A DNA stretch of 64,000 nucleotides from Escherichia coli (GCF_013122565.1 NZ_CP053258.1); one strand, 5' to 3'. Numbered from the stretch's first letter, positions 39,978-48,754 are shown. Notes: generated from the sequence alone by a model not told the origin. A program made the numbers and translations.

Positions 39978-40050
39978 CGTGGTAAAAAGTATTGGTAAAT
40001 TTGATGAATTTCCGGATATTTAAAGGGGCGGCTCAAAGACGAAGGGGAAG

Positions 40051-41307
40051 ATGGTGAATCTAAAACTACAGTTAAAAGTTCTTTCATTTCTGCAATTCTT
40101 TTTGTGGGGAAGTTGGCTCAACACATTCGGTTCTTATATGTTTATCACGCTGCGTTTTAAGGGCGAAGATATAGGCGCAGTCTACAGTACACTGGGTATC
40201 GCAGCATTAATAACATCAACGTTATTTGGTATCGTGGCCGATAAATGGATTAGTGCTAAATGGATATATGCCGCTTGTCATTTATTTGGCGCGATAACAT
40301 TATTTATCGCAGCATCGGTTACCACGCCTTCGGCAATGTTCATTGTCATTTTACTTAACTCTCTTGTGTATATGCCAACACTCGGTTTGAGTAATACAAT
40401 TTCCTATTACCGCCTACAAACAGCGGGGATGGATATTGTGACAGAATTTCCGCCAATCCGTATCTGGGGCACGATTGGATTTATTGTCGCAATGTGGGCG
40501 GTTAGCCTGGCTGGTTTTGAATTAAGTCATATGCAATTATATATCGGTGCGGCGGCTTCATTAGGCTTGAGCCTGTTCACGTTGACTTTACCAACTGTAC
40601 CAGTGGCGAAATCTAACCAGGCGCAAGGAATGATAGATGTTCTCGGATTGCGTGCATTTACACTGTTTAAAAACAGCAAAATGGCGATTTTCTTTATCTT
40701 TGCCATGCTGCTCGGGGCAGAGTTACAAATTACCGGGATGTTTGGTAATACATTTCTCCACAGCTTTGAGAGCGTTCCAGAGTTTACCAATAGTTTTGTT
40801 GTTACCCATGCTTCTATTCTGTTATCAATTTCTCAGATATCCGAAGTCTGTTTCATTCTTGCCATTCCTTTTTTCCTGAAAAAATACGGTATCAAAAATG
40901 TCATGCTGATGAGCATGGTGGCCTGGATGCTGCGTTTTGGTTTATTCGCTTATGGCGATCCTTCATTCGGTGGTACCATTCTGTTAATTCTTTCGATGAT
41001 TGTTTATGGCTGTGCTTTTGACTTCTTCAATATATCTGGCTCGGTATTTGTTGAACAAGAAGTTGATCCATCGATTCGTAACAGCGCTCAGGGCGTTTTC
41101 CTGATGATGGCCAATGGTTTTGGTTGTATTCTGGGCGGTTTTATCAGTGGTAAAGTCGTCGATTATTTAACAACGGATGGCAATCCACAGTGGTCAACCA
41201 TTTGGCTGGTATTTGCCGGATATTCACTGGTTCTGGCTCTCGCATTTATGGTGTTGTTTAAATATAAACACAACGGTAACCCGACAACGTCCGGTCATTT
41301 CGCCTGA
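40051..41307 (+). CDS. Nucleoside:H+ symporter, NHS family (NupG/XapB paralog)
   Basis: 418-aa 12-TM-like ORF; near-collinear similarity to recalled NupG and to XapB encoded 2 kb downstream (e.g. LQFFLWGSWL, FPPIRIWGTIGFI, GCAFDFFNISGSVFVEQEV). AT-rich codon usage. Confidence 0.85.
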   Translation: MVNLKLQLKVLSFLQFFLWGSWLNTFGSYMFITLRFKGEDIGAVYSTLGIAALITSTLFGIVADKWISAKWIYAACHLFGAITLFIAASVTTPSAMFIVILLNSLVYMPTLGLSNTISYYRLQTAGMDIVTEFPPIRIWGTIGFIVAMWAVSLAGFELSHMQLYIGAAASLGLSLFTLTLPTVPVAKSNQAQGMIDVLGLRAFTLFKNSKMAIFFIFAMLLGAELQITGMFGNTFLHSFESVPEFTNSFVVTHASILLSISQISEVCFILAIPFFLKKYGIKNVMLMSMVAWMLRFGLFAYGDPSFGGTILLILSMIVYGCAFDFFNISGSVFVEQEVDPSIRNSAQGVFLMMANGFGCILGGFISGKVVDYLTTDGNPQWSTIWLVFAGYSLVLALAFMVLFKYKHNGNPTTSGHFA

Positions 41308-41361
41308 TACGGAGTTTATCAAAATTAATAATGTTTTATAGGATTCGCAAAAGAGGAAGTT

Positions 41362-42273
41362 ATGGCAAATCAATTGTATAACCAGTGTCGGGTTTATTGT
41401 GCACCCTGGCGATTAGATGCTTTAAATTTAAATGATATCATTGATCAATGGATTGACGAGGGGCTGTTGCCGCCCCTGATCCATACTTTTCTTCCATATC
41501 GCGATGATGCCGGTGCCTCCAGTGAAGAAGAGATTTTTGTTAACGATGTCGCGAATATGGATAACAGTGTTGGGGTTATCGGTTATTTCGATGGTGGAAC
41601 CTATGATTCCGGTTATGCATGGGCTTTAGGGATGCCTGTTCACCTGGTAACGACAGACTTTCTTATATGGGCAGCGGGGAATTCTTCAGAGTTTTATCCT
41701 ATAAGTAAGCTGATGAATTATGTGGCAAAAGTGGTTTCTGTGTCAGATTCCGATACCAGTATCAGCAATTATCGTGAACAAACCGACGATATCATCAAGC
41801 GTGCGTTGCAAATTTTTCAACAAAATTTAATCGCCGACTTCGGCACGACGATTAATCCAGCAGTACCGGTTACTCCATTGCCGATTGAGTATGACTACTA
41901 TATTGATCCTAACTTTATGTATACCGAACCCTCTCGGGACTTACTGGTGAAGATCAAAGATGCGATCATTAGTGCAGGTAAGACTTTCATCGTTGGCGAC
42001 AACATGAATGATATTGCGACTGATATTGATAACTTAAGAAAATCCAGACAGGCCATCTTTTATTCCGATACCTTTGAGCCGAATGTTGACACCGGCATTA
42101 TGAATGGTATTGCCTATGCATTAGGACAGCAATCGATTATTTATTGTAGCAAGCAACAAAAATATCAATCTGCGCTCGCGACAGATTATTTAAATTTAAT
42201 GATTACCTGGTCGTCAACGGTGGCGCATTCATTTGCGGAACTTGAAACATTGATTGGTAACACAGAAAAATAA
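41362..42273 (+). CDS. Hypothetical protein with two tandem nucleoside 2-deoxyribosyltransferase-like repeats
   Basis: 303-aa ORF with RBS agaggaag; internal repeat ([DS]G..[YI]A[WY]ALG at ~aa 80-95 and ~aa 255-270) resembling the NDT/DNPH1 D-x-G-..-E-x-G-Y-A-x-A-x-G-K-P-V motif. Fold assignment is inference. Confidence 0.6.
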   Translation: MANQLYNQCRVYCAPWRLDALNLNDIIDQWIDEGLLPPLIHTFLPYRDDAGASSEEEIFVNDVANMDNSVGVIGYFDGGTYDSGYAWALGMPVHLVTTDFLIWAAGNSSEFYPISKLMNYVAKVVSVSDSDTSISNYREQTDDIIKRALQIFQQNLIADFGTTINPAVPVTPLPIEYDYYIDPNFMYTEPSRDLLVKIKDAIISAGKTFIVGDNMNDIATDIDNLRKSRQAIFYSDTFEPNVDTGIMNGIAYALGQQSIIYCSKQQKYQSALATDYLNLMITWSSTVAHSFAELETLIGNTEK

Positions 42274-42284
42274 TAGTTAATTTT

Positions 42285-42330
42285 ACTGATTATCAGGTGA
42301 GTGATTGCCTGATAATCAGCTTTTTGTTAG
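42285..42330 (+). terminator. Rho-independent terminator after the 303-aa gene
   Basis: Perfect 12-bp inverted repeat CTGATTATCAGG...CCTGATAATCAG followed by ctttttg. Confidence 0.65.
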
Positions 42331-42501
42331 CCACCAAAGAAAAATATACTGCCGTTATATTTCTCTGCCGGGGAACGATATGATCGATTTCAAAATTATA
42401 TTGAATATCTCTGGAAAATGTATTGGTCACTCGCGACTTTTTCTCGCTATAAAAAAATGTGACTCAGATCTAACGCATAATGCTTATTACAAGGACTTGC
42501 C

Positions 42502-43335
42502 ATGACCCAATCTCATTTTTCACAAAACCCGTGGTATTGCGCAGATATCATTCGTCGTCATAAACCAGACTTTACCCCACGCGTTGCGTTTATTTTGGGT
42601 TCGGGACTGGGAGCGCTGGCTGAACAAATAGAAGACGCAGTTGCCATTTCTTATAGCGATTTGCCGGGGTTTCCGGTGAGCACCGTACACGGCCATGCAG
42701 GAGAGTTGGTCCTCGGCGTGCTTTCTGGTGTGCCTGTAGCCTGCATGAAAGGTCGCGGTCATTTTTATGAGGGCCGGGGAATGACTGTCATGACTGATGC
42801 TATTCGCACGTTCAAGTTGCTGGGCTGTGAATTGTTGTTCTGCACTAACGCTGCAGGTTCGCTTCGCCCGGAAGTAGGGGCGGGTAGTCTGGTTGCGCTG
42901 AAAGATCACATTAATACGATGCCAGGCACACCGATGACAGGCCTTAATGATGAGCGTTTTGGTGAACGTTTTTTCTCATTAGCGAATGCTTACGATGCTG
43001 ATTACCGCGCCGTTTTACAAACCGTCGCGCATGAAGAAGGTTTTCCGCTGACAGAAGGGGTTTTTGTTTCTTATCCGGGGCCGAACTTCGAAACGGCGGC
43101 AGAAATTCGCATGATGCAGCTGTTTGGTGGCGACGTAGTAGGTATGTCTGTAGTGCCTGAAGTGATTAGCGCACGTCATTGCGAAATGAAAGTCGTTGCC
43201 GTGTCAGCAATAACCAACATGGCGGAAGGCTTAAGCGATGTGAAATTGTCGCATGCCCAAACCCTGGCTGCAGCAGAGTTATCACGACAAAACTTTATTA
43301 ATTTGATTTGCGGATTCTTACGCAAAATCGCCTGA
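42502..43335 (+). CDS. xapA: Xanthosine phosphorylase (purine nucleoside phosphorylase II) XapA
   Basis: 277-aa PNP-family ORF; xapAB-xapR synteny. Confidence 0.93.
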   Translation: MTQSHFSQNPWYCADIIRRHKPDFTPRVAFILGSGLGALAEQIEDAVAISYSDLPGFPVSTVHGHAGELVLGVLSGVPVACMKGRGHFYEGRGMTVMTDAIRTFKLLGCELLFCTNAAGSLRPEVGAGSLVALKDHINTMPGTPMTGLNDERFGERFFSLANAYDADYRAVLQTVAHEEGFPLTEGVFVSYPGPNFETAAEIRMMQLFGGDVVGMSVVPEVISARHCEMKVVAVSAITNMAEGLSDVKLSHAQTLAAAELSRQNFINLICGFLRKIA

Positions 43336-43392
43336 AAACAATAAAAATGGCCTCGCGGATGGGGCCATCTCTCTGCGATAAGGAAACGAAAA

Positions 43393-44640
43393 ATGAATAT
43401 CGCAACGCGTTTAAAGGTAATGTCTTTCTTACAATATTTTATCTGGGGGAGTTGGTTAGTTACCCTCGGATCTTACATGATAAACACCTTACATTTTACC
43501 GGGGCTGATGTCGGTATGGCATACAGTTCTAAAGGCATTGCGGCCATTATTATGCCAGCCATTATGGGCATTATTGCCGATAAATGGTTACGGGCTGAAC
43601 GTACCTATATGCTGTGTCACTTAATTTGTGCCGGGGTGCTTTTTTATGCCGCCTCCGTAACTGAACCGAATATGATGTTCTGGGTGATGTTGCTTAACGC
43701 GATGGCTTTCATGCCCACGATTGCGTTATCCAACAGTGTTTCCTATTCGTGCCTGGCGCAGGCCGGATTAGACCCAGTCACCAGTTTTCCGCCAATCCGT
43801 GTTTATGGCACCGTGGGATTTATTGTCGCAATGTGGCTGGTGAGTTTATTGCATCTGGAGTTAAGTAGTGTGCAGTTGTATATCGCTTCTGGAGCATCTT
43901 TAGTGTTAGCGATCTATGCATTAACATTACCGAAAATTCCAGTGGCGGAACATAAAGCCAGTACGACGCTTTCCAGTAAATTAGGCCTGGATGCGTTTGT
44001 GTTATTTAAAAATCCGCGTATGGCGATTTTCTTTTTATTTGCTATGTTATTAGGTGCGGTACTGCAAATTACTAACGTTTTTGGTAATCCTTTCCTGCAT
44101 GACTTTGCCCGCAATCTTGAGTTTGCTGATAGCTTCGTGGTGAAATATCCATCCATTTTGCTCTCGGTTTCACAAATGGCGGAAGTCGGCTTCATTCTTA
44201 CCATTCCATTCTTCCTGAAGCGTTTTGGCATCAAAACCGTCATGTTGATGAGTATGGTAGCGTGGACGTTACGCTTTGGCTTCTTTGCCTTTGGCGACCC
44301 ATCGGCAGGTGGCTTTGTATTATTGTTGTTGTCGATGATTGTGTATGGCTGCGCGTTCGACTTTTTCAATATCTCCGGTTCAGTGTTTGTCGAGCAAGAA
44401 GTGGACTCCAGGATCCGCGCCAGCGCTCAGGGTTTATTTATGACTATGGTCAATGGCGTTGGGGCGTGGATTGGTTCTCTTCTGAGTGGCATGGCAGTTG
44501 ACTATTTCACGGTTGATGGCGTGAAAGACTGGCAAACCATCTGGCTAGTATTTGCTGCGTATGCACTGGCCTTAGCGGTGATTTTTGCCCTGTTCTTCCG
44601 TTATAAGCATGAACCTGATAAATGGCGCAGAAATCATTGA
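43393..44640 (+). CDS. xapB: Xanthosine permease XapB (NHS family)
   Basis: 415-aa membrane ORF downstream of xapA. Confidence 0.93.
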   Translation: MNIATRLKVMSFLQYFIWGSWLVTLGSYMINTLHFTGADVGMAYSSKGIAAIIMPAIMGIIADKWLRAERTYMLCHLICAGVLFYAASVTEPNMMFWVMLLNAMAFMPTIALSNSVSYSCLAQAGLDPVTSFPPIRVYGTVGFIVAMWLVSLLHLELSSVQLYIASGASLVLAIYALTLPKIPVAEHKASTTLSSKLGLDAFVLFKNPRMAIFFLFAMLLGAVLQITNVFGNPFLHDFARNLEFADSFVVKYPSILLSVSQMAEVGFILTIPFFLKRFGIKTVMLMSMVAWTLRFGFFAFGDPSAGGFVLLLLSMIVYGCAFDFFNISGSVFVEQEVDSRIRASAQGLFMTMVNGVGAWIGSLLSGMAVDYFTVDGVKDWQTIWLVFAAYALALAVIFALFFRYKHEPDKWRRNH

Positions 44641-44716
44641 CTCACTGATGTAAACAGGGTTTTCCTTGATTGCAATGTGCTAAGTTTGCAGCCTTACCCA
44701 TACCGCGTGGAGCGCA

Positions 44717-45607
44717 ATGATTATGGAAGGTACGCATCGTATTGATCTCAAGTTATTGCGCTATTTTCTTGCGGTCGCAGAAGAACTTCACTTTGGGCGG
44801 GCCGCTGCGCGGCTGAATATGTCGCAACCGCCATTAAGTATTCATATTAAAGATCTGGAGCAACAGTTGGGCACGTTGCTGTTCGTTCGTCATTCGCGCA
44901 GTGTGGCGCTCACTCATGCGGGGAAAATTTTACTGGAAGAGTCACGTCGTCTGCTGGCTAATGCCAGTCAGGCGTTGGCACGAGTAGAACAGATCGGTCG
45001 TGGTGAGGCAGGGCGCATTGAGCTGGGCGTGGTGGGAACCGCAATGTGGGGGCGAATGCGTCCGGTAATGCGGCGGTTTTTGAAAGAGTGCCCTAATGTT
45101 CATGTCTCATTTCGTGAAAAATCACCAGGGATGCAAATGGCATTGCTCGAGCGGCGGGAGCTGGACGCGGGTATCTGGCGGATGGCAATTGAACCCACGA
45201 CGGGATTTACCAGTCTGCGATTACACGAATCTTCGTTTTTGGTGGCGATACCGGAAGATCATCATCTGGCTTGCGAAAACGCTATCCCGTTAATGGCATT
45301 ACGCAATGAATACTTTGTGACGCTGCCATCGGTCCATTCCGACTGGGCGTTTTTACAGCGTGTCTGTCAGCAGGCAGGGTTTTCACCGATGATCGTTCGG
45401 GAGGCCGTAGAACCGCAAACCGTACTGGCGATGATCAGTATGGGGCTGGGTGTGACATTAATGGCAGATAGCTATGCCCAAATGAGCTGGCCGGGTGTGG
45501 TATTTCGTCCACTCGAGGAACGTATTCCAGCAGATTTGTATATTGTTTATGAACAGCAACAGGCAACACCAGCGCTGGAGAGATTAGTTAATGCTTTGAT
45601 AGCATGA
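44717..45607 (+). CDS. xapR: LysR-family regulator XapR
   Basis: 296-aa ORF with N-terminal LysR HTH (LKLLRYFLAVAEELHFGRAAARLNMSQPPLS); exact start uncertain. Confidence 0.85.
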   Translation: MIMEGTHRIDLKLLRYFLAVAEELHFGRAAARLNMSQPPLSIHIKDLEQQLGTLLFVRHSRSVALTHAGKILLEESRRLLANASQALARVEQIGRGEAGRIELGVVGTAMWGRMRPVMRRFLKECPNVHVSFREKSPGMQMALLERRELDAGIWRMAIEPTTGFTSLRLHESSFLVAIPEDHHLACENAIPLMALRNEYFVTLPSVHSDWAFLQRVCQQAGFSPMIVREAVEPQTVLAMISMGLGVTLMADSYAQMSWPGVVFRPLEERIPADLYIVYEQQQATPALERLVNALIA

Positions 45608-45626
45608 AAGAAGATATCGCAGATAG

Positions 45627-45654
45627 CAAAAAAGCGCCTTTAGGGCGCTTTTTT
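45627..45654. terminator. Bidirectional terminator (xapR on +, tRNA operon on -)
   Basis: aaaaaagcgcctttagggcgctttttt. Confidence 0.7.
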
Positions 45655-45658
45655 GCAT

Positions 45659-45734
45659 TGGTGGGTCGTGCAGGATTCGAACCTGCGACCAATTGATTAA
45701 AAGTCAACTGCTCTACCAACTGAGCTAACGACCC
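45659..45734 (-). tRNA. lysV: tRNA-Lys (anticodon UUU)
   Basis: Reverse complement folds as tRNA: GGGTCGTTAGCTCAGTTGG... anticodon loop CTTTTAA ...CCA. Confidence 0.95.
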
Positions 45735-45738
45735 GAAG

Positions 45739-45814
45739 TGGTGGGTGATGACGGGATCGAACCGCCGACCCCCTCCTTGTAAGGGAGGTGCTCTCCCAGC
45801 TGAGCTAATCACCC
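45739..45814 (-). tRNA. valY: tRNA-Val (anticodon UAC)
   Basis: Reverse complement GGGTGATTAGCTCAGCTGGGAGAGCACCTCCCTTACAAGGAGG...CCA; copy 1 of 3 identical genes. Confidence 0.95.
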
Positions 45815-45860
45815 ACTTCGGTACTTCACATTTTTACAAGAAATTTAGCTGGCGAGAAAG

Positions 45861-45936
45861 TGGTGGGTGATGACGGGATCGAACCGCCGACCCCCTCCTT
45901 GTAAGGGAGGTGCTCTCCCAGCTGAGCTAATCACCC
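45861..45936 (-). tRNA. valX: tRNA-Val (anticodon UAC)
   Basis: Identical copy 2. Confidence 0.95.
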
Positions 45937-45980
45937 ACTTCTCAATTTCTTGCTACACGGCGGAGACTACATAAAGTAGT

Positions 45981-46056
45981 TGGTGGGTGATGACGGGATC
46001 GAACCGCCGACCCCCTCCTTGTAAGGGAGGTGCTCTCCCAGCTGAGCTAATCACCC
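45981..46056 (-). tRNA. valU: tRNA-Val (anticodon UAC)
   Basis: Identical copy 3 (promoter-proximal on minus strand). Confidence 0.95.
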
Positions 46057-46314
46057 CCGCTGTGTGGAGTCGCATTATAGGGAGAGTTCAAAATGAGTCA
46101 ACGCATTTTCTAAAGAAATTGTTCGTTCGTCGTAAATTTAAGCAAGATGATCGCAAAACAGACCGTGTTGCGCAATTTGTCAACGAAAACAATAATGCGT
46201 AAGGTTGCAACCCGAACTACATTGAGGAATCAGGCGGGAGTGATAGAATATCGCCCACTCAATTTTTCCAGGATTTGCCGGTTGTCGGCATCTTTCTAAA
46301 CGTAAGGCCATTTC

Positions 46315-47730
46315 ATGAAAATCAAAACTCGCTTCGCGCCAAGCCCAACAGGCTATCTGCACGTTGGCGGCGCGCGTACTGCTCTTTACTCCTGGCTTTT
46401 TGCACGTAATCACGGCGGTGAGTTCGTGCTGCGTATTGAAGACACCGATCTTGAGCGTTCCACGCCGGAAGCTATCGAAGCCATTATGGATGGCATGAAC
46501 TGGCTGAGCCTGGAGTGGGATGAAGGTCCGTACTTCCAGACCAAACGTTTTGATCGCTACAACGCGGTGATCGATCAGATGCTGGAAGAGGGCACAGCTT
46601 ATAAATGCTATTGCTCTAAAGAGCGCCTGGAAGCGCTGCGCGAAGAGCAAATGGCGAAAGGTGAGAAGCCGCGTTATGACGGTCGCTGCCGCCACAGTCA
46701 TGAGCATCACGCTGATGATGAGCCGTGTGTCGTACGTTTTGCTAACCCGCAGGAAGGTTCTGTTGTTTTTGACGATCAGATCCGTGGTCCGATCGAGTTC
46801 AGCAACCAGGAACTGGACGATCTTATTATCCGCCGTACCGATGGTTCCCCAACCTATAACTTCTGTGTGGTTGTCGATGACTGGGATATGGAAATCACCC
46901 ACGTTATCCGTGGCGAAGACCATATCAACAACACGCCACGCCAGATCAACATTCTTAAGGCCCTGAAAGCGCCAGTGCCGGTTTACGCGCACGTTTCTAT
47001 GATCAACGGCGATGACGGTAAAAAACTGTCCAAACGTCACGGGGCGGTCAGCGTAATGCAGTATCGTGATGACGGTTATTTGCCAGAAGCACTGCTGAAC
47101 TATCTGGTGCGTCTGGGCTGGTCCCACGGCGATCAGGAAATCTTCACTCGTGAAGAGATGATCAAATACTTCACCCTGAATGCCGTCAGCAAATCTGCCA
47201 GTGCGTTCAACACCGACAAGCTGCTGTGGCTGAACCATCACTACATTAATGCGCTGCCGCCGGAGTATGTTGCTACTCACTTACAGTGGCACATTGAGCA
47301 GGAAAATATCGATACCCGTAACGGCCCGCAGCTGGCTGAGCTGGTGAAACTGCTGGGCGAACGCTGCAAGACGCTGAAAGAGATGGCACAGAGCTGCCGT
47401 TATTTCTACGAAGATTTTGCTGAGTTCGATGCCGACGCCGCGAAAAAACATCTGCGCCCAGTAGCGCGTCAGCCGCTGGAAGTGGTTCGTGACAAACTGA
47501 CTGCGATTACTGACTGGACCGCTGAAAACGTTCATCACGCTATTCAGGCGACGGCGGATGAGCTGGAAGTGGGTATGGGTAAAGTTGGTATGCCGCTGCG
47601 TGTCGCCGTAACCGGTGCGGGGCAGTCTCCGGCACTGGATGTTACCGTTCACGCAATCGGTAAGACCCGCAGTATCGAGCGTATCAACAAAGCTCTGGCT
47701 TTTATTGCGGAACGTGAAAATCAGCAGTAA
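46315..47730 (+). CDS. gltX: Glutamyl-tRNA synthetase GltX
   Basis: 471-aa class I aaRS ORF; HIGH-type (HVGGART) and KMSKS-type (KLSKR) motifs seen. Confidence 0.97.
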   Translation: MKIKTRFAPSPTGYLHVGGARTALYSWLFARNHGGEFVLRIEDTDLERSTPEAIEAIMDGMNWLSLEWDEGPYFQTKRFDRYNAVIDQMLEEGTAYKCYCSKERLEALREEQMAKGEKPRYDGRCRHSHEHHADDEPCVVRFANPQEGSVVFDDQIRGPIEFSNQELDDLIIRRTDGSPTYNFCVVVDDWDMEITHVIRGEDHINNTPRQINILKALKAPVPVYAHVSMINGDDGKKLSKRHGAVSVMQYRDDGYLPEALLNYLVRLGWSHGDQEIFTREEMIKYFTLNAVSKSASAFNTDKLLWLNHHYINALPPEYVATHLQWHIEQENIDTRNGPQLAELVKLLGERCKTLKEMAQSCRYFYEDFAEFDADAAKKHLRPVARQPLEVVRDKLTAITDWTAENVHHAIQATADELEVGMGKVGMPLRVAVTGAGQSPALDVTVHAIGKTRSIERINKALAFIAERENQQ

Positions 47731-47748
47731 TTAGCGCATAAAAGATAA

Positions 47749-47778
47749 ACGGCAGGAGAAATACCCCTGCCGTTTTTT
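47749..47778. terminator. Bidirectional terminator between convergent gltX and yfeD
   Basis: aacggcaggagaaatacccctgccgtttttt. Confidence 0.7.
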
Positions 47779-47780
47779 AT

Positions 47781-48173
47781 TCATGCTGATTCATCTATGT
47801 CGAGACGAGCAAGGAAATTACGAATTCCTTCGCGTGACAAAAATTGCGCAACTTTTTCCTGCTCACTGTGAGTCATGTTGTCTATTGCGCTGATGATTTG
47901 CCGATAAGCAGGAGTGCGAATCCCCGGTGCGTATTCGGCAAGGGGTTCTTCGGCTTCCAGAAGCATCGGTGTGTTATGGAAGGCTGGCGTGTTCTGAATA
48001 AACTCGCAAACTTGCGTATCGACCAGAATAAGTCTGGCACGACCGCCTTTCACGCCGGGAAATTTTTCCGTTTTCCAGCCTTTTTCTCTGATCCAACGGT
48101 TAACAGTTTGTTTAGCCACACCGAGGCATTCAGCCAGTTCTTCGGTGGTCATTTTATTGCGTAATCTTTTCAT
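47781..48173 (-). CDS. yfeD: DUF1323 HTH protein YfeD
   Basis: 130-aa ORF; paralog of the adjacent yfeC (shared ...EELAECLGVAKQTVNRWIREKGW... core). Confidence 0.85.
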   Translation of the reverse strand: MKRLRNKMTTEELAECLGVAKQTVNRWIREKGWKTEKFPGVKGGRARLILVDTQVCEFIQNTPAFHNTPMLLEAEEPLAEYAPGIRTPAYRQIISAIDNMTHSEQEKVAQFLSREGIRNFLARLDIDESA

Positions 48174-48174
48174 A

Positions 48175-48519
48175 TTATTTGCTATCGCGAATCCCTAAGC
48201 GTTGTAACAATCCGATAATCCCTTCCCGCAGAAGCAAGGATGTAAACTGTTTTTGTTCAACTGGCGTCATCTCTTTCGCCAGTGTCACCAGCAATACTTC
48301 AAGCGGCGCATCACCAGAAAGGGCAGGCGTTTCTCCCTGACTTTCCGGACGTTCAGCATTGCGAATATATTCACGAACCTGTTCATTGACGTGAACCAGT
48401 CGGGCTTTGCCACCCTGGACGCCAGGTTTTGGTGACGTTGTCCAGCCTTCCTTGCGTACCCATTTATTAATGGTCTGGCGGCTATAGCCGGTCAGTCTGG
48501 CAAGTTCATCTGGCGTCAT
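48175..48519 (-). CDS. yfeC: DUF1323 HTH protein YfeC
   Basis: ORF 48175-48534; start placed at second Met (MTPDELARL...), upstream ATG at 48534 also possible. Confidence 0.8.
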   Translation of the reverse strand: MTPDELARLTGYSRQTINKWVRKEGWTTSPKPGVQGGKARLVHVNEQVREYIRNAERPESQGETPALSGDAPLEVLLVTLAKEMTPVEQKQFTSLLLREGIIGLLQRLGIRDSK

Positions 48520-48754
48520 CCTCTCCTTGAACATAACAATTCCCTGAATGTATGTGGGTCTATTAGTAGTTCATTTTATAACACCACTTTACAGGAAACC
48601 GTGACATGAATAACTACTGAATGCGAGCGGTTTTCCAAAATTGTTCATTTGCCTGATTTTTCAGCGATTGAAACTACACGTTGCAATTTGCCGTTGACAC
48701 ATTCGGACGGAATTCATATGATGCCGCCCGTCAACTCGACAAGCTTTACGTGAC

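Noticed and set aside
42305-42505. 66-aa ORF immediately upstream of xapA
   Set aside because: Starts inside the terminator hairpin of the preceding gene and runs through the expected xapA promoter and operator region; more likely regulatory DNA than a gene.
45588-45812. 74-aa minus-strand ORF spanning the tRNA-Lys/tRNA-Val genes
   Set aside because: Its sequence is the tRNA genes read as protein; the tRNA cloverleaf and CCA ends explain the region.
45739-46056. Three identical ~76-bp repeats with ~45-bp spacers (possible CRISPR-like array)
   Set aside because: The repeats are complete tRNA-Val genes; no CRISPR repeat structure and no cas genes. No CRISPR array was found anywhere in the window.
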